The notes under the pieces: generated by a model
Told to the model about the DNA's origin: nothing
Seen by the model: the letters and a program-made list of their open reading frames with translations, nothing else
Database searches by the model: none
Made by a program: the position numbers and the translations under genes
Source: Solirubrobacterales bacterium
GTDB lineage: Bacteria; Actinomycetota; Thermoleophilia; Solirubrobacterales; 70-9
Direction of reading: 5' to 3'
DNA: 64,000 nt
Assembly: GCA_035689305.1 (NCBI GenBank)
Contig: DASSLT010000033.1
Location: 46,794-110,793 of the forward strand
Part shown: piece after piece, positions 1 through 8,224 of the stretch
Layout of the letters: each line of letters begins with the position of its first letter
Position numbering within the stretch: the first letter of the stretch is position 1

Positions 1-382
1 CGAAGACGCCGACCAGGGTTCCACGCGGATCGTCGTTCTGGCGTCGGCCAGCCGAGGTAAACGATTGGCAAGGGGGCCCTCCGGCAAGCACTCCGGGCGT
101 CCCGCCAACAAGGCTTCGAATGTTCTGCGCCGTTAGCTCCCTGACGTCAGTAGGAGCGCGCTGCTCGTTGAAGTTTGAGTTGAGAGTTTCAACGGCGGCA
201 GTCCAGCTATCGAGATGAGCGCAGACGCTTAATCCTGCTGATTGAAGGCCAAACGATAGGCCGCCTGCCCCGCAAAAGAGATCGACCGTCTCGGGGATTA
301 GCTCGCGATTCAAAGCTTGGGAGCGAGAGGACCTCGAGATTTCCAGCCTGGGCTTTGCCGGTGGTCGAACAGTCGTCTCCAC
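1..382 (-). CDS. DNA (cytosine-5)-methyltransferase, N-terminal part (gene runs off the left edge)
   Basis: Minus-strand translation reads ...NRELIPETVDLFCGAGGLSFGLQSAGLSV... (motif I, SAM binding) and ...GVLAGGPPCQSFTSAGRRQNDDPRGTLVGVF (motif IV PCQ catalytic Cys). It is absent from the ORF track because it is open at the window edge. The start is uncertain: GTG at 382 or TTG at 313. An in-frame TAG lies just upstream of the GTG. Confidence 0.8.
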   Translation of the reverse strand, partial: METTVRPPAKPRLEISRSSRSQALNRELIPETVDLFCGAGGLSFGLQSAGLSVCAHLDSWTAAVETLNSNFNEQRAPTDVRELTAQNIRSLVGGTPGVLAGGPPCQSFTSAGRRQNDDPRGTLVGVF

Positions 383-497
383 GCGGGCAGCCTAGGCAAC
401 GGAGCCGACGACGGGCTTGACTGGGCGTCACGGAGCGTTCCCGATGGGTTGCGGGGTCTTTTTGACGGGAAAGACCGCATCGCTTGGAGCGGCCGGC

Positions 498-724
<227 letters not shown>

Positions 725-871
725 TCCCCGCGATCGCAGGCTCCGACGTAGTTGCGGTGCAGGCCCCGCCTGCAGCGCGATCGAGCTATCACCCAATCGG
801 CTTGAACGTGGTCTCACCATGCTCGGCGAAGTAATAATGAATTGCTCGTTCATCGACGCCGAGCCGGGCCG

Positions 872-1885
872 CTAGAACATCAACGTCTGGCCGTCGGCAA
901 GCACAGCTTCTCCAGGAAGACGGGGCTCGGCCTCACGATCAGTCTTTCTGCGCACGACGATCCGGAAGTACGGCGACTTTCCGTTCACCCTAAGGTCCTT
1001 GCCGTCGTCCCCCTTGCGAAAGCGGACGATCTCGAACTGTCGGGGATTGTGCTTGTGCAAGAACGTGATCGGAACGCCGATGAGGCCGTAGTAGTCCGCG
1101 GGGATGTCCTTGGTCTTGTCGACGTTGATCCCGTCGAGGTTGTCGTAGGTTGGGTACTTGTCCTCGTTGTCCGCATAAGTCTCGACCAATGGGATGTCCT
1201 CGTGCCGCTTCTCTAGATCCAGCGTCGTGAGCCAGAGGCTGTTGTTCGTCGAGACGATCCGCTCGCCCCGCTCGTTGACCCTCGCCTCCGTGCCGTAGAG
1301 CTCGTAGTGCTCCGGGACGATGAAGCCCGAGACTGCGCGACCGAGACCGACGCCCAACCAAACTCTTCCGTCTTGGATGAGCTTGAAGATGTCCTTGTAG
1401 GTGATCGCGTTGACCGTAGCAACGATCAGAAAGTCCTTCTCGTAGTTCGTCATCAAGGAGACGAACTGGCGCAGCAATGAATACGGCGGGTTGGTGACCA
1501 CGACATCCGCCCGCCGCAGATACTCGAGGCATTCGCTGCTGCGGAAGTCTCCGTCGCCCTCGAGTCGCTCGGCCTTTCCGGCCTCGAAGTCCTCGAGCGA
1601 CCGCCGAGAACCGTCGTACACCATCACCGAGCCATGTTTCTCGACTCCCAGGGCATAGCCCGTCGCGATCAGCTTGACCAGCCCCAGGGACTCGAAGTTA
1701 TCGACGAAGAACTTGACGAAGTTGCTCACCCGCGGATCATCGGTGTTGCAGTAGACGACCTTGCCCTCGAAGTGGTCCTTGTAGTGCGCCAGCTCGCTCT
1801 CGATGTCCACGTACTGCGTGTAGAACTCGTCGTTCTTGTTCTTCTTAGCCTTCTTCAGGAAAGACCGGTCAACAACCCTCGTCAT
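872..1885 (-). CDS. N6-adenine DNA methyltransferase, EcoRI-methylase family
   Basis: N-terminus KKAKKNKNDEFYTQYVDIESEL, GDGDFRSSE, catalytic TNPPYS (NPPY), GFIVPEHYELYGTEAR and GVPITFLHKHNP all match my recollection of M.EcoRI along its full length. There is a 4-nt overlap (ATGA) with the upstream R gene. Confidence 0.9.
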   Translation of the reverse strand: MTRVVDRSFLKKAKKNKNDEFYTQYVDIESELAHYKDHFEGKVVYCNTDDPRVSNFVKFFVDNFESLGLVKLIATGYALGVEKHGSVMVYDGSRRSLEDFEAGKAERLEGDGDFRSSECLEYLRRADVVVTNPPYSLLRQFVSLMTNYEKDFLIVATVNAITYKDIFKLIQDGRVWLGVGLGRAVSGFIVPEHYELYGTEARVNERGERIVSTNNSLWLTTLDLEKRHEDIPLVETYADNEDKYPTYDNLDGINVDKTKDIPADYYGLIGVPITFLHKHNPRQFEIVRFRKGDDGKDLRVNGKSPYFRIVVRRKTDREAEPRLPGEAVLADGQTLMF

Positions 1886-2736
1886 CGCGCCCCTTCCTCG
1901 TCGGACTTGGGCACCATCTGGTTGAAAAGATCGCTAGCCAGCACCTTGATCGAGGTGGTCGCGATCTCGATCATGATGGCCAACATGTCGGCACCATCCC
2001 ACGCCCCGCCTTTGCCCTGGGTGTAGATCGAGGCCGCCTGAAGCATGATCGCCTGTCCCTTGCTGGTGACGACTCTATTTTCGCAAAGGTTGGTGTTGAT
2101 GGGCATCGAGTAGTTGACAGCGGTCAGACGGTCGATCCGGTTGAGCGTCCCCGAGTCGTAATGGAGCGTGACTTCCCGGCCGTCGGGCCTGACGACCGAG
2201 ATCGTCTCGGTGAGGAAGTTCGACCCCTCCAGAAACAGGATGTAGGGGAAGTGCTGCTCACCGAGCATGAAGTTGGCGATCTCCCGGACATTCTTGTGGG
2301 ATCTCTCGATGGCGTTTCCCGCAGCCATGAGATCCTGGTCCTTGTTCTTGCCGACCAGAACCCCTTGGCTGATGTTCTCGATGTCCTTGCCCTGGTACTT
2401 AGCCTCCGTAACGAGGATGACTCTCCACTCTTTGTGGTCGTCGAGAACCTCGATGAGCCCACCGTCAGGCCGGATCTCGGCTTGCGGGAGGAAAAGCTCC
2501 TGGCCCAAGTAGTCGTCGATCTTCTTGAGCTTGGCGTTGATCTCCGCCTTGCGCATCGTCATGCGGTGGCGGAACTGGAGACCCGGGAAATCCCCCTCCA
2601 GCTTCTTGACGACCAGGCCGGCGATCTCGCCGACGTTCCCGTCGTGTTTCTTGGCGAGCTCGCCGAAAATACCGCCGACGCCGTGATTCGCAAGGTGCTG
2701 CGTCGTGAGGCGGTTGGTCTGGCCCCGCTTAGCCAT
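1882..2736 (-). CDS. Type II restriction endonuclease, EcoRI/RsrI family (predicted GAATTC)
   Basis: MAKRGQTNRLTTQH..., PDGGLIEV...VTEAKYQGKD (the D / E-x-K catalytic residues), DLMAAGNAIERSHKN (the EcoRI recognition segment as I recall it) and HFPYILFLEGSNFLTE are present. ATG at 2736 is preceded by GGAGGA. The ORF-track start at 2847 is probably too far upstream. Confidence 0.9.
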   Translation of the reverse strand: MAKRGQTNRLTTQHLANHGVGGIFGELAKKHDGNVGEIAGLVVKKLEGDFPGLQFRHRMTMRKAEINAKLKKIDDYLGQELFLPQAEIRPDGGLIEVLDDHKEWRVILVTEAKYQGKDIENISQGVLVGKNKDQDLMAAGNAIERSHKNVREIANFMLGEQHFPYILFLEGSNFLTETISVVRPDGREVTLHYDSGTLNRIDRLTAVNYSMPINTNLCENRVVTSKGQAIMLQAASIYTQGKGGAWDGADMLAIMIEIATTSIKVLASDLFNQMVPKSDEEGAR

Positions 2737-2789
2737 CGGTCCTCCAAGCCTTATCTCTGAAGGCATCACTCTAGCCTGAACCCTATGGT

Positions 2790-3494
2790 GTGCTCGGCAC
2801 CCAGTCAGGGCCATCCGGTCTCGACGCAGCCAGGCTGCTCGCGGCAACGTTGCTGCGTTATCGCGCTGAGCACGGGTTGAGCCTGAGAGTCCTGGAGGAG
2901 AGGCTGGGCGTCTCGCAGCCGCGCGTCGTCAAGCTCGAGTCCGGGGAGCACAATCCAAAGGTCGACACGATTATCAACGCCGTCCGGCGCCTAGGAATCG
3001 AGTTCGTGCTCGACGTGGCTCCCGCGAGCCGAAAGCCGGCGCTCGTGACGGCGCGTGCCCAGAAGAGCGGGGCGATCGCCCACGACGATGTCTGGTCGTG
3101 GCGGCTTCGTCGGTATAGCTCTTCCCTAACTCGCGAAATCGCCGCTGTCATCGCGAGGTCGCATCCGCTTCACCCACTCGGCGGCGTTGCCTCCGTGGGG
3201 GCGGGCGTGTTGCAGCAAGGTCCGCATCTCCGTCGCTCGGGTGGCTCGGCGGCGCAGGCGAGTGCAGACAACAACCCTCTTCATGTTTCGTCATTATGGC
3301 TCGCGGGTCAACGAAGCTGCGCCGGGTGCCCTCCTGGGGCAACAAATGGGGCAACATGCCCCACAGATCCCAGCCGATCTCCACGTAGCTCAATCTCGCG
3401 AAAACCGCTTGAAACTGCCCGCCACTTGGCCCAGCCGAGCCAGTGGGCCGCTCATAACCCGATGGTCGCAGGTTCGAATCCTGCCCCGCTATAG
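2790..3494 (+). CDS. XRE-family HTH protein, possible R-M controller; only the first ~95 aa look genuine
   Basis: HGLSLRVLEERLGVSQPRVVKLESGEHNPKVDTIINAVRRLGIEF is a Cro/C1-type HTH. The gene is divergent from the R gene with a 53-bp spacer. The frame stays open to 3494, but the C-terminal ~140 aa are low-complexity and run through repeat copy 2. Confidence 0.55.
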   Translation: MLGTQSGPSGLDAARLLAATLLRYRAEHGLSLRVLEERLGVSQPRVVKLESGEHNPKVDTIINAVRRLGIEFVLDVAPASRKPALVTARAQKSGAIAHDDVWSWRLRRYSSSLTREIAAVIARSHPLHPLGGVASVGAGVLQQGPHLRRSGGSAAQASADNNPLHVSSLWLAGQRSCAGCPPGATNGATCPTDPSRSPRSSISRKPLETARHLAQPSQWAAHNPMVAGSNPAPL

Positions 3495-3551
3495 GACGAA
3501 AGCCCGCTTTCAAGCGGGTTTTCGCGTTTTTGGGAGACCTCAAAATCGGCC
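3325..3551 (+). repeat. Direct repeat copy 2: initiator tRNA-Met 3'-half-like segment plus terminator
   Basis: Positions 3445-3491, GGGCCGCTCATAACCCGATGGTCGCAGGTTCGAATCCTGCCCCGCTA, are flanked by sequence homologous to 498-724. The anticodon stem is disrupted by a 2-nt insertion and the acceptor strand is 1 nt shorter. Confidence 0.75.
3497..3531 (+). terminator. Intrinsic terminator hairpin inside repeat copy 2
   Basis: CGAAAGCCCGCTT-tc-AAGCGGGTTTTCG is followed by CGTTTTT. The stem differs from copy 1 at several positions but pairing is maintained. Confidence 0.6.
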
Positions 3552-3552
3552 C

Positions 3553-3582
3553 TTGACATATTCCCATACGGGTATGTATGGT
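3553..3582 (+). promoter_or_regulatory. Candidate promoter with embedded inverted repeat (ArsR operator candidate)
   Basis: TTGACA (3553-3558), an 18-nt spacer, then TATGGT (3577-3582). The spacer carries CCATAC-n6-GTATGG and a nested ATAC-gg-GTAT. Confidence 0.4.
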
Positions 3583-3943
3583 CCTCGCCATGGCAAGAGC
3601 GGCGACTACCAGTGACGTCTTCAACGCGGTGGCGGAGCCGCGGCGGCGGCAGGTGATCGAACTGCTCGCCGGTGGCGAGCGCTCGGTCGGCGAACTGGTC
3701 GCGGAGCTGGGCAGCTCGCAGCCTCAGGTCTCCAAGCACCTGCGGGTGCTGCTGGAGGTCGAGCTGGTGAGCGTGCGCCGCGAGGGCCGGCACCGGCTCT
3801 ACCGCCTCGAGGCGGAGGGGCTGAAGCAGATCCATGAGTGGGCGCAGCGCTTCGAGCCGCTCTGGCAGGAGCGCCTCGACTTGCTCGAGGAGGTCGTCCA
3901 GGAACTGAAAAAGGAAGAGGAAGGAGTCTCGTCAGATGAATAG
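3578..3943 (+). CDS. ArsR/SmtB-family transcriptional regulator
   Basis: AEPRRRQVIELL...SVGELVAELGSSQPQVSKHLRVLLEVELVSVRREGRHRLYRL. There is an 8-nt overlap with the next gene. ATG 3578 lies inside the putative -10, so ATG 3590 (MARAATT) is an alternative, possibly leaderless, start. Confidence 0.85.
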   Translation: MVLAMARAATTSDVFNAVAEPRRRQVIELLAGGERSVGELVAELGSSQPQVSKHLRVLLEVELVSVRREGRHRLYRLEAEGLKQIHEWAQRFEPLWQERLDLLEEVVQELKKEEEGVSSDE

Positions 3944-4457
3944 CCACGAGGTGGCGAACAGCGGCAAGGCGGTGGTGACGACGATCGGCGACAAGCAGAT
4001 CGAAGTGGTGCGGGAGTTCGACGCGCCCAAGCACCTCGTCTACCGCGCCTACACCGAGCCCGACCTGATCCGGCGCTGGTGGGCCGGCCGGCGCGCGACC
4101 GTGACCGCGGTCGAGTCCGACCTGCGGGTCGGCGGCTCCTACCGCTACGCGGCGAGCGCCAGTGAGGGTTTCGAGGAGGACTTCGAGGTCGCCCTCCGCG
4201 AGGTCGCCTTCCGCGGCACCTTCAAGGAGGTGGTGGCGAATGAGCGCCTCGTCTACACCGAGATCTTCGAGGCGCAGCCGCAGGAAGAGACGCTGACCAC
4301 GGTCACCTTCGAGGAGCAGGATGGCCGCACGACGCTGCGGATGCTGGTCGAGATGGGGAGCACCGAGGCCCGCGACCTGATGGCCGGCCAGATGGAGGAC
4401 GGGGTGCAGGAAGGCTTCGACGTCATCGACGAGATCGTTCGCGAGCTCGGCGAGTAG
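3936..4457 (+). CDS. SRPBCC (AHSA1/START-like) family protein
   Basis: VVREFDAPKHLVYRAYTEPDLIRRWW and the overall size are typical of Aha1-domain SRPBCC proteins paired with ArsR regulators. Confidence 0.8.
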   Translation: MNSHEVANSGKAVVTTIGDKQIEVVREFDAPKHLVYRAYTEPDLIRRWWAGRRATVTAVESDLRVGGSYRYAASASEGFEEDFEVALREVAFRGTFKEVVANERLVYTEIFEAQPQEETLTTVTFEEQDGRTTLRMLVEMGSTEARDLMAGQMEDGVQEGFDVIDEIVRELGE

Positions 4458-4471
4458 GCGCCGCGGCCCGA

Positions 4472-4660
4472 TCACTCGTCGGGTCTGGGACCCCAGGACT
4501 CGATCGGGCCGGCGCCGTTCGGGGGCCGCTTGGCGATGGTCCCGTCGATCTTCTGGATGCCGCGTTCGGTTGCCGCCTCCCGCATGAAATCGGGCCGGTA
4601 GATCCCGAGACCGCCTTCATTTGGTTGAGGCGGGTCGACTAGCGCTTCGTGATCTCCCAC
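4472..4660 (-). CDS. Possible small hypothetical protein (start uncertain: 4660 or ATG at 4585)
   Basis: The distal ~40 codons have strongly G/C-ending third positions, as real genes here do (...MREAATERGIQKIDGTIAKRPPNGAGPIESW...). No motif is recognised and no clear RBS is present. Confidence 0.25.
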   Translation of the reverse strand: MGDHEALVDPPQPNEGGLGIYRPDFMREAATERGIQKIDGTIAKRPPNGAGPIESWGPRPDE

Positions 4661-6189
4661 TTGGTCGGCGGCACCTTGGCGATACAGCCGCTCTTCGCTT
4701 CGCCGGGGGTGTCGAAGAACGAGCGGACGATCTGCTGGGTGCAGGCGTTGGCCTTCGGCGAGGGGCTGGCGAAGGCGACGTGAGCGACGTTGGGGATCGT
4801 CACCACGGTCGAGTTCGGCAGCGTGCGCGCGACCAGCGGGCCGAACGACGCCGCGGTCTGGCCGTCGTACTGGGCGTCGACGACCAGCGTCGGGATCGAG
4901 CTGCGGGTGACGTCACGCACTTCGGCCGGTAGCTTCGGCACCTTCCAGGCGGCGCAGTTCTGGCGCATGAACGGGAGGTTCGGGGCGTTTTCCCAGATCG
5001 AGCGCGGCAGGGTCGGGAAGGCGCGGCGGGCCGCCGCGATCACGCTCGCCTCGCTCTCGTAGGGCACCCACTCGCCGCAGGACACCCCGTAGAAGAGCCC
5101 GTTGCTGAGCACACCGATGCCGGCCGGGTTCAGCTTCGGCGCCGCCCAGGCCGAGGCGATCGGCACCGGGTTGCCGTGGGCGAGGGCGTCGATCTCGGCG
5201 GGCACCTTGCCCGCCAGGTGGGTGCCCGGCGAGACAGTCCACTGCAGCAGCATGCCGCCGCTGATCTTCACCGTCACCTTGCCCTTCACGCCCTCGACCG
5301 GCACCCGCACCGTGCGCGGCGCAGCCTCGTACTTGCGGACGAGCCGGCGCCAGGTCGCCGCGATGTCGCCGTAGCGACGGTGGCACCTGGCGTCTTCCGA
5401 GCAGGCCTTGAAGATCGCGTCGATCCCCTCCCCGGCGCTGGTCTCGGCGGCGACGCCACCCGCCAGCGGCGGCGGGAAGATGCCGTCGATCCCGACCGAG
5501 CGGATGCCCTGCGGGTGCATGCGCATGTAGTTGAGCGCGAGGTCGGTGCCGTAGGAGATCCCGTAGACGTTCCATTCCTTGACTCCGAGGGCCTGGCGCA
5601 GTTCGTCGAGGTCGTTGGAGCTTTCCAGCGTGTTGTAGGCCCCGAGGTCGACGCCTTTCTTCAGCAGCTGGGCGCGGCACTTCTTCGTCGCGGCGACGTA
5701 GGCGCGGCCGGTAGCGGCGGCGTCGTAAGGCATGTTCAGGGTCTTCCCCGCCCAGCGGTCAACGACCGGGCAGGTGAGTTTCGGCCTCGCCGTGTAGGTG
5801 CCGCGCTGCGACATGAAGATCACGTCGCGGTTGCGGTTGAGGCTGCCGGCGGTCGCCCAGGGAATCTCGGTGATCGCGTCGTCGCCGGGGCCGCCGGCGA
5901 GCCAGACGATCGGGTCGGGCTTCGGGATCGCAGCTTTGGAGGGGATGATCGCGACCGAGAGGCTGATCGTCTTCCCGTTCGGGTGGGCGCGGTCTTCGGC
6001 GACGAAGAGCTTGCCGCAGCGCGCGGTCTTCAACTCCGGGATCGGCCCCGGCGGTTTCGGGCAGGGGCCGGGGACGAAGCTGGCGGCGGACGCGGTCCCG
6101 GCGGCGACGAGCAGCAGTGCGGCGGCGCCGAGAAGTGCGGCGGCGGCGCGCGACATGGCTTTCGACGGCGTGCGGTTCGTGCGGGACAT
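4639..6189 (-). CDS. Secreted alpha/beta hydrolase, tripeptidyl-aminopeptidase (TAP, S33)-like
   Basis: Signal peptide AAALLGAAALLLVAAGTASAAS and nucleophile elbow GISYGT. The C-terminal part is TAP-like with a conserved Cys pattern. ATG 6189 has an AAAGGTGAG RBS and lies 4 nt after the upstream paralogue's stop. Confidence 0.75.
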   Translation of the reverse strand: MSRTNRTPSKAMSRAAAALLGAAALLLVAAGTASAASFVPGPCPKPPGPIPELKTARCGKLFVAEDRAHPNGKTISLSVAIIPSKAAIPKPDPIVWLAGGPGDDAITEIPWATAGSLNRNRDVIFMSQRGTYTARPKLTCPVVDRWAGKTLNMPYDAAATGRAYVAATKKCRAQLLKKGVDLGAYNTLESSNDLDELRQALGVKEWNVYGISYGTDLALNYMRMHPQGIRSVGIDGIFPPPLAGGVAAETSAGEGIDAIFKACSEDARCHRRYGDIAATWRRLVRKYEAAPRTVRVPVEGVKGKVTVKISGGMLLQWTVSPGTHLAGKVPAEIDALAHGNPVPIASAWAAPKLNPAGIGVLSNGLFYGVSCGEWVPYESEASVIAAARRAFPTLPRSIWENAPNLPFMRQNCAAWKVPKLPAEVRDVTRSSIPTLVVDAQYDGQTAASFGPLVARTLPNSTVVTIPNVAHVAFASPSPKANACTQQIVRSFFDTPGEAKSGCIAKVPPTKWEITKR

Positions 6190-6193
6190 CGAC

Positions 6194-7741
6194 TCACCTT
6201 TCGATCGGGAAGTGGGCCTGGGTATGGGCGGCGCAGGTGGTCTGCGGGCCGCCCGGCCGGGCAAGGAAGGACTGGAAGATTCGCTGGGCGCAGGGCGACT
6301 GGACGATCACCCAGTGGGCGACGTTGTCGATCTTCATGTAGGTGGACCGGCTCAGCGACTGCGCCGCGTAGCGCCCCCACTTGGCACCGGTTTTGGAGTC
6401 GACGGCGCCGGAGACGACCAGCGTCGGAATCTCGCTACGGACCCGGACGCGCTGGGAGGCTGGCCCTTTCGGCACCTGCCATTCGCGGCAGAGCTCTTTC
6501 AGGAAGGGGAGCTGCGGGGCGTTGACCAGGACCGACGCCGGGAAGGTCGGGAAGACCTTGCGGCCGGCGCGGAGGATCGCGTTCGGGCCTCCGTAGGGCT
6601 CCCACTCCTGGCAGATGAAGCTCTCGGTCATGCCGAGGGCCTGCTCGGGGTTCTCGGGGACGGCGGCGCCTGCGGCACGCGCCTCGAGGAACCGGTGCGC
6701 GTCGCCTTCGGCGAGCTCGGTGATCGCGGCCGGGACTTCGGGCCAGCGCGGCACGTTGCCGACCAGCATGTTGACCAGCGTGCCGCCGTCGAGCACCACC
6801 TTGACCGGCGCGCCGCCCTGCGGCGGGCGCACCCGGCGGACCAGCGGATTCGCCTCGAGGCGGCGCACCTCGTGGATGAAGGTCGGCAACAGGTCCGGGT
6901 AGTGACGGTTGCAGCTCGGCTGCTCTTCGCACGACTCGAAGATCGTCGTGATGCCCTCGCGGGCGCTGCTCCAGGTCCAGGGCAGGCTGACGATGTTCGG
7001 TGGCACCACCGAGTCGATCGTCACCGTGCGGATCCCTTCCGGGTAGTCGCGCATGAACGAGAGCGCCAGGTCACTGCCGTAGGAGTAGCCGTAGACGTTC
7101 CATTCGTTGACCCCGAGCGCCTGGCGCAGTTCGGCGAAGTCGGCGGTGTTTTCGGCCGTGTTGTAGGCGGCCGGATCGGTGCCTCGGCGGACCAAGCGGT
7201 CGCGGCAGGCGCGCGCAGCCGCCGCCTGCTTCGCGCCGGTCGATGGCGCGTCGAAGAACATGCTCACCTGGCGCGCGTAGAAGTGGTCGAGCTCGGGGCA
7301 GTAGAGGTCGGGCCTGTCGTAGAGCGTGCCCCGCTGCGCCATCACGATCAGTTCACGGTTCTGGTTGATGCCGGCATCGACGAGGAAGGGGATGTCGAGG
7401 ATCGCCGCCGCGCCGGGGCCGCCGGTCATGAAGACGACCGGGTCCGGCTTCGGGTTCTTCGACTGGGCGGGAAGGATCACGACCATGTTGCGAATCGTCC
7501 GTCCGTTCGGGTGCGCCCGGTCTTCCGGCACGACGAGATAGCCGCAGCGCGCCGTCTTCAAGGCCTTGATCGGGTGCGGCGTCTTCGGGCACGGCGCCCG
7601 TTCGAAGTGGGCCGCCGGTTCGTTGACGAACGCCGGCGGATCGAGCGTGGTGCCAGCGGCGGAGCCGATCGCGGCGATCGACGAACCGAGGACCCCGAAT
7701 ACGGCCACGAGCACCGCCAAGCGAGTAGTGCGAGACCGCAT
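6194..7741 (-). CDS. Secreted alpha/beta hydrolase, TAP-like (tandem paralogue)
   Basis: Signal peptide LAVLVAVFGVLGSSIAAIGSAAG, GYSYGS elbow, and collinear similarity to the 4639-6189 product (RCGYLVVPEDRAHPNGRTI vs RCGKLFVAEDRAHPNGKTI). Confidence 0.75.
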   Translation of the reverse strand: MRSRTTRLAVLVAVFGVLGSSIAAIGSAAGTTLDPPAFVNEPAAHFERAPCPKTPHPIKALKTARCGYLVVPEDRAHPNGRTIRNMVVILPAQSKNPKPDPVVFMTGGPGAAAILDIPFLVDAGINQNRELIVMAQRGTLYDRPDLYCPELDHFYARQVSMFFDAPSTGAKQAAAARACRDRLVRRGTDPAAYNTAENTADFAELRQALGVNEWNVYGYSYGSDLALSFMRDYPEGIRTVTIDSVVPPNIVSLPWTWSSAREGITTIFESCEEQPSCNRHYPDLLPTFIHEVRRLEANPLVRRVRPPQGGAPVKVVLDGGTLVNMLVGNVPRWPEVPAAITELAEGDAHRFLEARAAGAAVPENPEQALGMTESFICQEWEPYGGPNAILRAGRKVFPTFPASVLVNAPQLPFLKELCREWQVPKGPASQRVRVRSEIPTLVVSGAVDSKTGAKWGRYAAQSLSRSTYMKIDNVAHWVIVQSPCAQRIFQSFLARPGGPQTTCAAHTQAHFPIER

Positions 7742-7796
7742 CAGCGGGCGATATTAATCAGATGGATGCGGAGTCGTGCAAATCGCGCCTCGACGG

Positions 7797-8216
7797 CTAC
7801 TCAACCCACCAGTCGCGCTGGCCATCGACGTCCTCGCGCTGGCCGGCGCCGAGGCTGGGGGCGCCGACGACGAGGATCTCGAGACCCTCCGGTCCGGCCT
7901 CGTAGCCGCGCCAGGTACCGGGCGGGACGCGGACCGCGTCCCATTCGCGAAGCTCGACGATCTCGTCGTCGAGCTTCATCCGCCCGCTGCCGCGGACGAC
8001 CACGTAGACCTCCTCCTGGGTCTTGTGGGTGTGGCCGTAGGGGAAGCGGTAGCCGGGCGGGAGGCGCTGGCAGCTGAGGCCGGATTGCTCGAGCCCGAGC
8101 GCCTGGGTCGCCATCCGGAACTCCAGGTCCGGCGAGCCGTCGAAGTTGGAGCCGACGTCCTCCAGATCCTGCTTCAGGTTCCTGCGCGTGAACGGCACGG
8201 CGCAATCGTAGGTCAC
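7797..8216 (-). CDS. Cupin-domain protein
   Basis: GHTHKTQEEVYVVVRGSGRMKLDDEIVELREWDAVRVPPGTWRGYEAG is a cupin motif pair. GTG 8216 lies 9 nt downstream of the SDR stop. The rest of the 284-aa track ORF overlaps the SDR gene out of frame. Confidence 0.7.
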   Translation of the reverse strand: MTYDCAVPFTRRNLKQDLEDVGSNFDGSPDLEFRMATQALGLEQSGLSCQRLPPGYRFPYGHTHKTQEEVYVVVRGSGRMKLDDEIVELREWDAVRVPPGTWRGYEAGPEGLEILVVGAPSLGAGQREDVDGQRDWWVE

Positions 8217-8224
8217 GCCTGGCC

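Noticed and set aside
2737-2789. C-box-type dyad for a controller protein between the R and HTH genes.
   Set aside because: No clear inverted repeat is visible in the 53-bp spacer, so the controller role of the HTH protein remains speculative.
5798-8077. Very long ORFs with Arg/Pro/Gly/Ala-rich products. Examples are 5798-8077 (+), 16828-18849 (-), 20890-22800 (-), 22840-24774 (-), 26488-29154 (+), 32596-35199 (+), 47238-50222 (-), 50143-52608 (-), 55449-56948 (-) and 58186-60069 (+).
   Set aside because: Each overlaps, on the opposite strand or out of frame, a gene with clear family motifs. Stop codons are rare in off-frames at this GC content. The compositions are typical of antisense translation. 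Only short terminal parts of two of them (28903-29154 and 34717-35199) are real genes.
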